From Puccinia triticina (lineage: Eukaryota), in assembly GCA_026914245.1 (NCBI GenBank), contig CP110440.1:2046001-2110000 (forward strand): a stretch of DNA of 64,000 nucleotides, in the 5' to 3' direction. The position numbers and the translations under genes are program-made. Every line of letters begins with the position of its first letter. The stretch's first letter is position 1. The notes below the pieces were generated by a model. It ran no database searches. It was given only the letters and a program-made list of their open reading frames with translations, and had not been told where the DNA came from. Of the stretch, positions 48,718-61,790 are shown piece by piece.

Positions 48718-51700
48718 ACTGTTAGTGTCCTGATCCACCTAACATTTGAAATGTTTCCTGATCGGCGAGGGTCCTAAGTTTTCCTTAGTCGGCGAAAAAA
48801 GTTTTCCTGATCAGCGGGGTTGATAGGTAAGCTGAGATCGGCTGAATCCGATGGAGTCGTGGTTCCGGGTCGGCTGCTGCAGGCCGGTACCGGTTGCTCC
48901 TCAACCAACTAGGTTTCAGCGCTTGACCACTGCGAACTCAGTTGCGGGGTGCCGCGCCTCCCCCGGGGGAGGCGCTGCTGATCAACCTCTGCCTGCGCTC
49001 TTCGGCCCTACCTGACCGGAACACCGGTCCTCTTCAACGACGCCGCAATCCCAACCAATGACAATCTAGGATTTACGCCGTTTTTTGAGAGGAACCTCCT
49101 CGCTTTCAGGGCGCCACTCCCGCTGACCATTTTCAACAAGGTCTGGCAGGATCGGGCGCTAGCTTATCAAGCCAAAAAGAGGATGAAGTCAGACAACGGG
49201 GACAAAGACCGCTACAACGGGTACCCATACCCATGCAAATACCTCCAGACCTACCAAGAATGGTCAGTGAACCATCAGGTTTTTTTTGAAGCAGTAGTTA
49301 AAATACCCAGCCAAGCCAACCTTGCAGTCTGGCTACCACTCCACAAGAAAAATTGTGATCAAATCATCAAAAGAGAAGGATTTATGACAACGCTACCCTA
49401 TGATATCCACGTACGGACTAACGTGCTTACGCACCGGGTGACAATGCCGGATGGGTCCTTGTTGGTGGCAAACATTTCAATTTACCAGAAGGAGATTGTA
49501 TCCACAGTACACTCAAAAGTGCTCCAATTTGAAGAGGATGAGTTCAAAGATAACCCTTACGCCGTAGGGGGTTGCAGGTTTGGTTGGGACCCAATCACAG
49601 GCCAACCAACGGCCAAGAAAGACAACCAGTCAAGCAAGATTCCTCTCCACCTTCAACAAATTACACCAAAAGGGGGAGCTCTTTCTACGCGACCAGGATT
49701 AGATATCCCAAAGGGACCAAGCGGGTCCAAAGATCAACACTCTAAACAAGGTGGTTTCAAAAGCAATTGTTTGGGGCCTAGCATCAACGATTGAGACAAA
49801 GGAGGGGCGCAAGGCAATGGCGGACATGGGGGGGAAGCGGGAATCGTGGTGGGATTGGGAATGGGGGAGGTAATGCAGGAAGGGTTTACAATAAGGGGAA
49901 ATCTTATTAGTTAGCGGGTTCATTTTGATTTTTTATTCAATTAAAACTCATGGCTTCAGGGGGGTTGTCAATAGACACCTCACCACCCAGTGGTACATTT
50001 AACTCGGCGATTTAAGATTAAGTCTTAGTAGCAATGAACATGTTAAGCAATTTCTGACTAATCTCAAATGTGTCCCATACAGTAAGAGCGCCCCACATGT
50101 GAGAGAAATTGGGAGCACGTACAAGAAGAAAACGCGGAAGACCAATTAGGTGACTGGCCCGTGTCCATATCACGCAAGATGAACATCGGAGTGTGGGAAA
50201 CAGCCTTGGAAACAGCACGCTTGTTACCAGAGTTTCAGGACGTGCTAGAAGGATTCCGGTCTGGTTTTGACCAGGGCATCCCGGTACACAGGTTGGCAGG
50301 AAACATAACCTACTGCACACCTTCGCCTTGCTAGCAAAAGCAAAGATCAAAGAGTAAATCCACAAAGAACTAAAAGCCAGAAGGATGTTTGGACCGTTTA
50401 CCTATGACCAAGTAGCCAAACGGTTCCCATTCTTCCGTACAAACCCTCTAGGGGCCGTAATAAACGGCAACGGGTTGCTGAGGCCAATAAATGACCTATC
50501 TTTTCCGCACGGTAGGGAGGAGATCCCGTTGGTCAACTCTTTCATGGACACCTGTGACTTCAAGACAACGTGGGATGACTTCAACACTGTGGCAAACTTC
50601 CTCAAAGACTTAAAGGAGCCAGTGCTCTTGGCACTTTTTGATTGGGAAAAGGCATACTGCCAAATCCCCACGGCCCCTGATCAATGGCCTTACCTCATGG
50701 TAAGGGACTTTGACGATAAACTGCTATTGGATACAAGAATAACGTTTGGCGGTGTCGCAGGCTGCGGCTCCTTTGGCAGACCCCCGGACGCCTGGAAAAA
50801 ATTGATGCTAGCAGAATTTGATGTGATGAACATTTTCCGTTGGGTATATGACAACCTCTTCGTGAAGAGGGTCAATTCCCAGACCCTGATGACGGATGTT
50901 GTGAAAAGGTTGGACAAACTTGGGGTGAAAACTAGTACAACAAAATACTCCCCGTTCCTGCTTGAACAGAAGTAAATTGGTTTCATTTGGAATGGCACTG
51001 CATGGATTATCCCCTCGGACATGCTTGTCCGACAAGAGCTCGGACAGGCATGTCTGACCAGTTGCCGGACATGGCCGTCCGACGGGTGGTGGAGCCCACC
51101 CGTCGGATCCCCCCGTTTGAGCAGAAGGCGGACATTTCTGCTCGACGGGTCCTCGAGCAGCTTGGCCCGACCACCCGTCGGACTTGTTTGACCGCTCTGC
51201 AGTCGGACAGCGCAGCCCGAGCTTCCCTCGGACTGGCTGGTCGGACCACATCGTCCGAGGAGCTTTCGGACATGTCTGTCCGACCGGCTTTCACTGGTCG
51301 GACCTGTATGTCCGACGAGTTCCCCAGTCGGACAGACCTGTCCGACAGGTTCACCGGTCGGACTAGCTTGTCCAACGGGTGTGGGTCCGACAAGTTCGAC
51401 TCGTCGGACATCTCAACTCGACAGGTTCAACTCGTCGGACCAGAGATGTCCGACAAGTTAATCAACCCCGCGTTGCCCAAGCCACCAAGCTGGCAGCTAC
51501 AGGTGGAAGCCCTTCCAGAGAGTTTGTTACGGGTATCCAGCTCGCTGAGAGGGCTTCCTCCCGGATAGCTGCCAGCTCGTTGAGAGGGCTTCTTCCCGGC
51601 TAGCTGCCAGCTCTCCGAGAGGGCTTCCTCCCAGATAGCTGCCAGCTCGTCGAGAGGAAATCCTCCCGGCTAGCTGGAGTGAGCTGGTTACAGCGAGATG

Positions 51701-51749
51701 ATTTCCTCGCGGCGAGCCGGATACCTGTATCCAGCTCGCCGGGATGATG

Positions 51750-52440
51750 ACAGAGTCCTTTGGGAAGGTGGCGGTGCTCCTTCGGTCCTCCGCATGGTTA
51801 GATGCGACCGAACCGCCGCGTCCACCCAAGAAAGCAATACAGCTTCACCACCTCCTCTATCTGGCCAAGTGCATGAAGGACGGCCCCCCCAAATCCAGGG
51901 CGATATTTGATATGGCGGTGGTGGCGTTCTGGGGGATGGCCCGACTAGCTGAGCTGACCTGCTCAAACGCGACAGGACAACCTGAGCCATCTTCAACCGT
52001 TTCAGTCAAGGACACCATTGTTGAGGGACATTGCATAACCCTTGATTCTAACCTGGTCTCATTGCCTCTCCGAGGAGCAAAGACCGCCAAGCCCGGAGAG
52101 CCCCAACTACTCCATTTAAAACGGCTGGGCGGGCTCCTCTGCCCAGTAGCAGCCATCCTGCGTTGCGACAAGCCGCTCCAGGTTCAGACGGGGTACTCTT
52201 CAGTTACCAACACGGCCCCGACCAATTCAACTTGACCCGCGCCGACGCGGTCCAACTCATCCAGCAGCTCCTGTCCAATGGTGGGTACACTGGCATATCA
52301 GGCCATTCCTTCCGGGTCGGAGGCGCTTCCCTGCGGAACGCTTTAGGGGTACCGGTAGATCAGACCTGTCACTTAGGATGCTGAAAATCAGATTGCTACA
52401 ATCTGTACATCAGACACTACTCCCCATCAGAGAAAGCTGC
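51750..52440 (+). pseudogene. 5'-truncated tyrosine recombinase fragment inside the CACTG element
   Basis: KVAVLLRSSA..FWGMARLAEL..AKT..LCPV, frameshift, then GHSFRVGGAS..SDCYNLYIR. Confidence 0.88.
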
Positions 52441-52460
52441 GGCATTAGGAATATTACATA

Positions 52461-52887
52461 TTGTGTTTTTCAAGAAGCTTGGACACATTCACAAAGTTTT
52501 ATTTGGGGTAGATCCTGGCAGATCCCATATATTTCATGTTTACTCCACGCTTAGTCTTGACAGGTGTCAGATGAGGCCCAAGCCTAAATCTAATCCCTGA
52601 GCCATCATTCTCCAGATGATGGTCAGGGAGTAGACTTTTGGAAAAAAAAAGCTCATATTTGGAACCAGAGAGGCTTTTTTCCCCTCCCAGCTGCCCCTCA
52701 TCATGTAGCTAGTCTGCTGCCCTCTGCCTGAACGGAGGGACCGACCAAGCTCAGGACTGTTACACACACTACAATCAAAGGATGGCTGTGGGATATTTAA
52801 GCGTAAAGTCTATCTGGAAGCTGAAAATAAATCCATAACATGAAATAAAAAATTACTGAAATCGTCCAAGCTTCTTGAAAAACACAA
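52461..52887. mobile_element. MITE with 24-bp TIRs and TA flanks (Tc1/mariner-like)
   Basis: TA|TTGTGTTTTTCAAGAAGCTTGGAC .. GTCCAAGCTTCTTGAAAAACACAA|TA. Confidence 0.75.
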
Positions 52888-53329
52888 TAAGAACCTTGTA
52901 TTGTGATGTGGGTCTTATTCAGTTACTTGACGCGTGTGCAACAACAATGCTTGCTTCTTAGAGGTTTGGGTCTACCTAATGTCTCAGGCTCTCAGAAGCC
53001 AAGTTCTAGGGGCTCACATTTGGCTCTCCTAAGAAACCTCCTCCTAATAACACTAAAGAGCTGTCTTGCGGAGGAGACCCCTCTTGGCGCCCTAAGCGCC
53101 CAGCGCACACGGGCACGCTGAACAAGCCTTACGGCCTTCATCAGCCAAAAGGAGGGGCTCTTCATGCAGTCGACTTACACATTGGGAGACCTGGAACCCT
53201 TGATGAGATTAGACGGTTCGGGCCTCCCTAGAAGGGGACGGGCAAGGAAGAATCCTATGGCACGCTCCCTTTGAAAAATGTACAGCTAAAAAAAGGCAAA
53301 CAAAACTTACATGGACAAGATTTAAACTA

Positions 53330-54430
53330 TAAGTTAACAAGATGTAAATAAACCACAAGTTGACAAGATATAAACCACAAGTTTAGAGCATGTAAACCAC
53401 AAGTTTACAAGTTGTAAACCACAAGGGTTAACAAGATGTAAACCACAGGTTTACAAGATGTAAACCACAGGTTTACAAGATGTAAACCACACTTTACAGC
53501 ATGTAAACTACAATTTCCAAGATGTAAACCACACTTTACAGCATGTAAACTACAGTTTACAAGATGTAAACCACACTTTACAGCATGTAAACTACAGTTT
53601 ACAGGATGTAAACCACACTTTACAGCATGTAAACTACAGTTTACAAGATGTAAACCACACTTTACAGCATGTAAACTACAGTTTACAAGATGTAAACCAC
53701 ACTTTACAGCATGTAAACTACAGTTTACAAGATGTAAACCACACTTTACAGCATGTAAACTACAGTTTACAAGATGTAAACCACTGGTTTACAAGATGTA
53801 AACCACAAGTTTACAAGATGTAAACCACAAGTTTACAAGATGTAAACCACAAGTTTACAAGATGTAAACCACAAGTTTACAAGACGTAAACCACAAATTT
53901 AAAAGATGTGAACCACACTTTACAGCATGTAAACTACAGTTTACAAGATGCAAACCACACTTTAAAGCATGTAAAATACAGCTTACAAGATGTAAAACAC
54001 ACTTTACAGCATGTAAACTACAGTTTCCAAGATGTAAGCCACACTTTACAGCATGTAAACTACGGTTTACAAGATGTAAACCACAATTTTACAAGATATA
54101 AACCACACTTTACAGCATGTAAACTACAATTTCCAAGATGTAAACCACACTTTACAGCATGTAAACTACAGTTTACAAGATGTAAACTACAGTTTACAAG
54201 ATGTAAACCACACTTTACAGCATGTAAACTACAGCTTACAAGATGTAAACTACAGTTTACAAGATGTAAACCACACTTTACAGCATGTAAACTACAGTTT
54301 ACAAGATATAAACCACAAGTTTACAAGAAAACCACAAGTTTACAAGATGTAAACCACAATTTTAAAAGATGTAAACCCAAGTTTGCAAGATGTAACCCAC
54401 AAGTTTAGAAGATGTAAACCACACTTTAAA
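53330..54430. repeat. 21/22-bp minisatellite GATGTAAACCAC(A)(A/G)GTTTACAA with a 42-bp dimer block
   Basis: Directly visible; alternating ..CCACACTTTACAGC / ..CTACAGTTTACAAG units. Confidence 0.95.
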
Positions 54431-55449
54431 GAATGTGCACCACCACACCTGCTTCTGGCATTGGATACCATTGGTGAGACGGTCTGGTACAGGAGACATG
54501 TTCCCAATGGGGCTACATTGTCTATGTCAAGCAACCCATTGAGCATGCGGAGGTCTGACCTCTTCACCAATGGATGTAGATAATCCATTGTGCAGACGGG
54601 GTTTCAACGCACAGACAACATTTGGTGTTGCCATTGGTCAATGGGGCAACTGGGGGACCAACAGGGAAACAGCCTATCTGCCCTGGGGGAGGAGCACTTA
54701 GTCTGGGGGAGGAAATGTGACTGGTCATCGAGAGAATCAACTCTCTCAATGACCAGTCAGAGGTCATTGGGAGGCATCAAACCTCTCAATAACCGGTCAG
54801 ATTGGTCATCAAGAGGAATCAAACCTCTTGATGACCAGTCAGAGGTCATCAAGAGGATTCAAACCTCCTGATGACCGATCAAACCGGGCATCAAGTGTGA
54901 GCCTGAGCCTCTATAGTGGCTACAGGACACAAGAAAAATGGTGGACACTGGTTGTATTTCTTGGGATAAAGAACTACAAACAGTGAGTAAGAGAGAAAGA
55001 GAAAGAAAGAGTAAAAAGAAAGAGAAATGTATGATCTGGAGGGGGTCTATCTACTCCTTATAGGAGGATCCTCAAAAGTCTACTTGAACCACCTGGAAAA
55101 GTGGTAAGGACAGCTGTGCAAGACCAACAGGGGCTACAGCCTCTGCGCGCACCAAGGAGACGGTGGGGGGACACAGAATAGTAATACTAATCTGCTCTGA
55201 TTTTTAGACTGAGTCTAGGATTAACAGAGTAACCTTTGATCTTGAGCAGGGTTGATGTAAAAGCAATAAAGAGAAGCAATCAAGAGACACAGAGAAATCA
55301 CTCTGGATAATCAAGGTTCAAATGAAGAGTATACTTACTGTCAATAACCTAGGCGCCTGTGACGGTAGGTGTGCTGGGAGCGTGGTATCCTCTTGTGGGG
55401 TGATCCTGGGTTATCTACGGCGTGGTTCTGGGTGGTCTGAAGTCTGTGG

Positions 55450-55824
55450 ATGTGGTTTACATCTTGTAAACCTGTAAACCTGTGGTTTACATCTTGTAAA
55501 CCTGTGGTTTACATCTTGTAAACCTGTGGTTTACATCTTGTAAACCTGTGGTTTACATCTTGTAAACCTGTGGTTTACATCTTGTAAACCTGTGGTTTAC
55601 ATCTTGTAAACCTGTGGTTTACATCTTGTAAACCTGTGGTTTAAATATTGTAAACTCACGGTTTGCATCTTGTGAGCTTGTGGTTGACATCTCGCAAACT
55701 TGTGGTTTACATCTTGTAATCTTGTAAATTTACAAGGTGTAAGCCACAGTTTACAAAGTTTAAACCACAGTTTACAAGGTTTAGACCACAGTTTACAAGG
55801 TGTAAACCACATTTTTACAAGATA
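55450..55824. repeat. Same minisatellite family: inverted block followed by a forward block
   Basis: TGTGGTTTACATCTTGTAAACC repeats, with an orientation switch near 55725. Confidence 0.92.
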
Positions 55825-56167
55825 CTAGACTTTCAAGGCGGCTGCGCCGCCGCTCGTCACAGACCATGGTGAATTGCAAGTTGAATTGAAACTTTTCTTC
55901 CAAGTTCCCTCATAGCTACTTAAAAATAGTCCGCAAGGAGTAATATATATCACACTTTGGAAAAATAAGAAAAGGTAAAAGTTTAAGAATATAGGAAGAC
56001 GTCAAGAAAATGATAAATTGTTCCATCTGTCAACTAAGGGAGTGAGAAGAAAACAAAATGGGATTCTTTTTTTCATAGAGGGATATGTGAGATGGATGGA
56101 CAAGCAGAAGGGTACCCATTTGGGACAAAAACACCAGATGTCACCTGAAAAACTGCTGAATTAGCTA

Positions 56168-56386
56168 TCATTGCCTTGGCTTAGAAGCCATTGCCTTGGC
56201 TTAGGAGCCATTGCCTTGGATTAGGAGCCATTGCCTTGGCTTAGGAGCCATTGCCTTGGCTTAGGAGCCATTGCCTTGGCTTAGGAGCCATTGCCTTGGC
56301 TTAGGAGCCATTGCCTTGGCTTAGGAGCCATTGCCTTGGCTTAGGAGCCATTGCCTTGGCTTAGGAGCCATTGCCTTGGCTTAGGA
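56168..56386. repeat. 20-bp minisatellite, 11 copies
   Basis: CCATTGCCTTGGCTTAGGAG tandem. Confidence 0.97.
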
Positions 56387-56399
56387 ACAAGAAATGCAC

Positions 56400-57104
56400 A
56401 CCTTCATTATCAATCTAGCTGTGTTTGAGTCAAACCCCTCCAACAACCCTTTGAGTTGCACCCTCACTCCTGCATATAAATTATCTGATACATGAGGGCG
56501 CATCTCACAATTTTTGATTATGTATGTAACATAAAATTTGCGGATGAGTAAAGCCTGAGATTACGGTTGTGTTGTTGTTGAGTTCAAACTCAAAACAAGG
56601 TATAGTTTGAGGAATTAAACTTGAGTTGGTTATCCTCTCCCACGTGTGGGCTTGGTATCTTGGACTTTTCAACAATTACACCAAGTTTGACAATCCCAGT
56701 TTGATTGGTAAAATCAAGGGTGAGGTCAGATTCCTTACCAATGCACATTATTGAGTCCTGTGTATATGTGATAGTTGGAGTACTGCCATTGTTAAGGAAA
56801 ATCATTTGCCCTCCAGTCAGAGAATACAGAATGCCCTCCTCAAGGGCGTTTTTGATTGCCGTATTTGCCATGAGTTTGACTTTGAAATCTATTTCCTTCT
56901 TGCCTGCAACTCCGGAAAATTGGAAGAAAGTGCCAGTAGTCACCAAGCCGTATTGGTTGCCGCGGAATACATCAAGTTCGGACTAACAAAAAGGCGTAAG
57001 CATCACAATAGACCAACAGTTTTGAGAAATATGTATACATCAGCTGTGGCTTCAAAGTGTCCAGAGACAATGTTTGGATGGTTTGATGGTCTTGGAGTTG
57101 ACAT
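56400..57104 (-). pseudogene. Spliced Helitron-borne gene for a beta-strand-rich hypothetical protein (possible OB-fold ssDNA-binding), internally disrupted
   Basis: Exon 57104-57039 (MSTPRPSNHPNIVSGHFEATAD), 56-bp GT-AG intron, exon from 56982 (SELDVFRGNQYGLVTT..). A later out-of-frame segment reads KFYVTYII..VRVQLKGLLEGFDSNTARLIMK and ends at a GT donor. Confidence 0.6.
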
Positions 57105-57829
57105 TGTTGAAAATTCAAGAAGGAATTTGGAAAAGTGGTACTGATTCTTACATGGAGGTTTTATGAAGATGTTTAAATTTATTTGTGGGTCAACAGGATC
57201 AACTCGGTGTGAGAGAAAAGTCAAGCGCGGAAAGTTCTTATTTATAGAAAACGTGGAAAAAAAATTGATAGTGTACAGTGCAGGCAAAAAACCCATTCAT
57301 CAGATCACTCAAGAACCTGGAAACCTTATTTTTTCCATATGGTGGGACTTCAGACCACCCATTGAACCTAACAACCGCGAAGGTTGAAGCCACTCTTCTG
57401 AAGGGTCAAGCTGAGAATAAAAACCTTTGGCAAAAGGGCGCGGTAAGCAGCGCAGGCGAATAACCCATTCAATGAATCACTCATGAAACTGTCCACTTTT
57501 TTTCTCAAGGGTGCGTTGAGAAGAAGACCCTTTGTCAAAATGTTGTGACAAGAGACCACCCATTGAGCCAAGGAACCGCAAAAATTGAAGCCACTCTTCC
57601 GAAGGGTTGAGCTGAGAAGAAACCCCTTTTACAAAAGGGCGCGGTAAAAGACGAGGGGTGAGATTCCAAACCCTTGTCCCTGAATCCTGAATGACAGTAT
57701 CATCTTCCAAATTCTCCTGTGATTCTGTTAATCAAATGAGGCGGAAAATAGGAATGGTTGAGTGAACGTGGATACACGATGTGGTAGTCAGAACTGGTCC
57801 TACCATGACAAAATGTCCGGTGGAGCCTT

Positions 57830-60131
57830 TTTCAGCTGGCTACTATGGCAGAGCCACCGTGACAAATAAAAATATAAAAAGTAGTTTTACATATGAAAGA
57901 GACATTATTACTCTTACATATGTAAAACTATGCAAAAACATTAAATACATATATAAATAATTAACGGACTTACTTTGCGCACTGCAAAAAACACTTCGCG
58001 CACTGCACAGTGCGCGGATTCCCAAACACTTCGCGCACTGCGGGTAAACTACGCAAATTTTTGGAGATTTTTCTTGACAAATCAATAGACAGGCTTCTCA
58101 TTGGACTCTCTGGATTTTTTGGAAGTTTTTCAAAGCATTCTTCTATGTTTAAAAAAATCATTAAAAACCAGAAGAAATGTAGGATTTGGGCGCCCAAGAA
58201 ACAAGGTTCCCATAGCCCAAAAAATTCAAATAATTTTTTGAGTAATGAAACATGTAAGAGCAGCTACTTCAAAGCTTTTCAGCCACTTCGTGCAAGCATA
58301 CAGGTCTGAAAAATGAGGATAATTTGGATGCAATGTGCTAATATGTGGTCAAGTTTCTTATTTTTCAGACCTGTATGCTTGCACACAGTGGCTGAAATTT
58401 TTTGAAGTAGCTGTTCTTACATGTTACATTACTCAAAAAATGATTCAGAATTTTTGGTCTATGGGAACCTTGTTTTTTAGGCGCCCAAATCCTACATTTC
58501 TTCTGGTTTTTAATGATTCTTTTAAACATAGAAGAATGCTTTGAAAAACTTCCAAAAAATTCAGAGAGTCCAATGAGAAGCCTGTCTATTGATTTGTCAA
58601 GAAAAATCTCCAAAAATTTGCGTAGTTTACCCGCAGTGCGCGAAGTGTTTGGGAATCCGCGCACTGTGCAGTGCGCGAAGTGTTTTTTGCAGTGCGCAAA
58701 GTAAGTCCAAATTATTATCCCTTCCTTGTGTAAACTAATTTCAAAGTTTGCGCAAGTTCATCACGCCCCGCGTGGATGCACTTGTATGCACATATACATA
58801 TAAGTACATATACTTACCCCCATTTTCAGTGACGTAACTGAGGTGTTGTGTATAGTTTAAAAGATGGCTTTGTTTGTTGCGTGGCGCACCCAAGCCCGCG
58901 TGCTCTGTTGCCTAGAGCTCAAGCCCGCGCTCCTAGTGTACATATATGCATAATGCATAAACTAGCACGCAACCAAAGTGCTCAGCTTACCAGTAAGTAA
59001 GAATGGGCTAGAATACGCCCCAATAGCAATATTACATGTGTTATATGTCTTGTACACATGTAATTAATCACCAAACAAGATGTAATTACCACGTCATTCA
59101 ATATCAAAACATTCTAGATGGAAAAAGGCTCTTGCAACATGCACAGGTGACACTAGAAAGCGCCCCAGCTTCTCCCAAGCCTCACTACGTGTAAATTACA
59201 ACTGTAGTAAATATGTAGAAGGGGTCAAATGAACTGGAGCACTTAATAAGCGCCTCCAGAACATGTATGAAGCACTGCTTGCACGCGTACAAGTACACAG
59301 AAGCCAGTTCTAGTACCTTCTGTGGCACATTTCCACGGAAATGAGCGTCACAGAACCCCCAAACCAGCCCCCATGACGTGTAAGGCATGTGTAAAAACAC
59401 GCAGAACCTCTGTAAAAGGCTCTTGGCAACCCTTGTATCCAAGCCCCAATGTTCCACGACCTACAGCGCCTTCTAGCGCAACCAAATTGCCTCAGAATGC
59501 GCCCACAAGTGTCCCCCTGTCCCCTGGGCGCCCCTGGAGGCCTGCCTAGGCTATAAAAAGGGCCCTTTCTCCGCCCAAAAGTAGATTCCCCAGCTTTACA
59601 TTACCTACTAGAATTTTACCCGCCTTCAACAGCCTCCTTAGCCTGTGATTTGCCAGGTAAAATACCTACTTTTGTGATTTTTAGCCCCAATTTCCGCCCT
59701 GAAGCTGTCCAGTAACCATCCTGCCCTCAATATTACCTCTTCTGAGCGCCTCCAACTGCCCAACTTCACGCCTGAAGAACCTCAAGTGCCCCTAGGGTCT
59801 TATACTAGTAAGTTTAAGCCCCTTCTCTTGAGATTCTCCGCTATTTCTTTCTGGGATTTGAAACACCCCTGTTTACAGGCCCCAGTTCTTCATTCTAGAG
59901 GGATTAAATACCCCTGATTTATCAGGCCCCTCTTAAAATTAATTATATTCATTTTATTACGTCAAATTGGCCCAAATTGGCCCAAATTGCCTTATTCTTA
60001 CGCCATAATTCCCAACAATTACGTTGGAATTAACCCTGATAGCCTTGTCTTAGAGTTTTATAACTCTAATCTTTTGCTTTGCACCACGTGTAGCTAGAAG
60101 GATAATATCCTTGGCATCACGTAGGCTGACA
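57830..60131 (+). mobile_element. Solo LTR, copy 2, containing a MITE
   Basis: Homologous to 27562-29226; TSD GCCTT (57825-57829 and 60132-60136); 5' TG mutated to TT. Confidence 0.93.
57965..58709. mobile_element. Palindromic MITE, copy 2
   Basis: Same family as 2633-3378, with the spacer in the opposite orientation. No TSD; ~95 bp of host LTR is missing on its right side. Confidence 0.92.
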
Positions 60132-61790
60132 GCCTTCTTCTACGCAAGATAATCCCAAGTAGTCAAGGGAAACTCCGAACTCCGCGTAATAAAAGCATCA
60201 AGATAGCTCCGCAGGCTTAAAGTAACCATAAAGTAATCATAATAATAAAGGTCCATCTAAAACGGTAAAGTAACGCTCCTGAACAACTCCGCTCAACGTT
60301 CCGTAAAGAATAAGATAACCGTAATAAAAAAGATCCGCCCAGTAAAGTAAAGTAAGAATCCGCCATCCCATAATAATAAAAATCCCCTCCAAGGTCCGTG
60401 AGGGAAAGATTCCCCCTCCCCCTCCCATATCAAAAACTCTCCATCGCTCCACCATAGAAAAATAAACCATGAGAAAACTCCGCCACATCTCATAAACCAA
60501 TAGAAAAGGAAATAACAAATAGAAATCCTCCTCCCATCTCACGCACGCCGCATGCCTCCGCTCCCACGTCGTCATTTGCGCCTCCACTGATCGCCGTAGA
60601 CAGCCGCCCAACCTCCGATCATCCATCATCCACGCCCCTGTCTAGCCTCCGGTGTTGGGATCCCACACGCCGCCTCCACCCCAGCTACGTCCGCTGACGT
60701 AACTCGCTTCAGCTGCCACGGCTTCCCCCAATCGCTGCGTCGTTCTAGATAGTCCGCGCTGGAATGCCTGGACTCAGCAAGTCCGCTCCGCTCCGCACGC
60801 CGCAGCTCCGCCGCCTCTGACCGCACGCTCCGCGCCCAGCCTATGCGCTGCGCCTCCGCCGCTTGAAGATCCTGCGCCGCCCAAACCGCCTGCGGAGCCC
60901 TCATGCCCCGCCGCAGCCGCGCGCCCGAACCTTACCAGACACTTTGGCGCCCCGCACCAAACGGCCACCACAACGAGGCGCAAGGGATAGGAAAGTGTTC
61001 CACAAGGAAGACCTTAGACGAGTAAGGGTCGCCCTTGTAGGGAAATTTGATTTCGAATGCGGGTTTGTATGAATTTAAACCGGAAAAAGAAACATCACAA
61101 GGTAAGTACTGACAATTCCAAGGAAAAGACAATGAAACACCAAAAGATTTCGCGCTGAATAATCCATTGAGTTGGAAGGAGGCTGTGCCTGGGTTGAGGG
61201 CAAAACATCTTGATGATTGTGAGTTGTAACCAAAGAGGGAGTGGCGTGGAAGGGGTGTGCCGGGTTCAAGGGGAAAACGTCTCAGTAATTGTCATCCGTG
61301 CCCAAGGAGGGGGCGCGTGTCGGGAAGTTTCCGGTTTGGTAATTATGAACAAACAGGGAATGGCGTGCAAGGGATGTGCCCGGGTCAAGGGCAAAACGTC
61401 TCAAATCATTGTAATCCGTGCCCAACGAGGGGGCCGCGTGACTTGGGAATGTTCCAGTTCTGTAGGGAGTTGAGTATGAGTGTGTAAAGTTGTTCGGAGG
61501 GTACGCTGAGGATGAAAAAAACAAATTACAAAAGAATATATAAGGCTGTTTGCCATGCAGGTCACATGTTTCCCTTGTGGCTCCGGATCTTGGCTTTATT
61601 ATGCTGCCGGAGCCGCCTGTTACAATGGGGGCTTCTGACTGGTTAGCGGGACTCGCTCCAGTCTTACGGATAATTCCAAAATAACAGGTGGCTTGAAAAC
61701 CTTTATTACACCAAACTGTTAGAAAGGGAAAAGAACCGGGTGAACCCATGATAAAAATTTCCGTAAATCACTGTTTTATTGAAACTTAGA

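Larger units (their letters stand above)
55825..61790 (-). mobile_element. Non-autonomous Helitron
   Basis: Minus strand reads A|TCTAAG...GGCGGCGCAGCCGCC (hairpin) TTGAAAGT CTAG|T with no TSD. Excision restores the minisatellite unit AAGATA-TAAACCAC. Confidence 0.88.

Noticed and set aside
50987..51829. ORFs in the CACTG arms (also 62870-63999) as a transposase
   Set aside because: They derive from GTCCGAC/CTCGGCGAG subterminal repeats and show no DDE or Tnp2 motifs.
53908..54408. ORF with CKLQFTRCKPHFTA repeats (also 62222-62559)
   Set aside because: Minisatellite translation.
60140..61100. GC-rich minus-strand ORFs inside the Helitron
   Set aside because: Fragmented by stops, with no recognisable motif; cannot assign.
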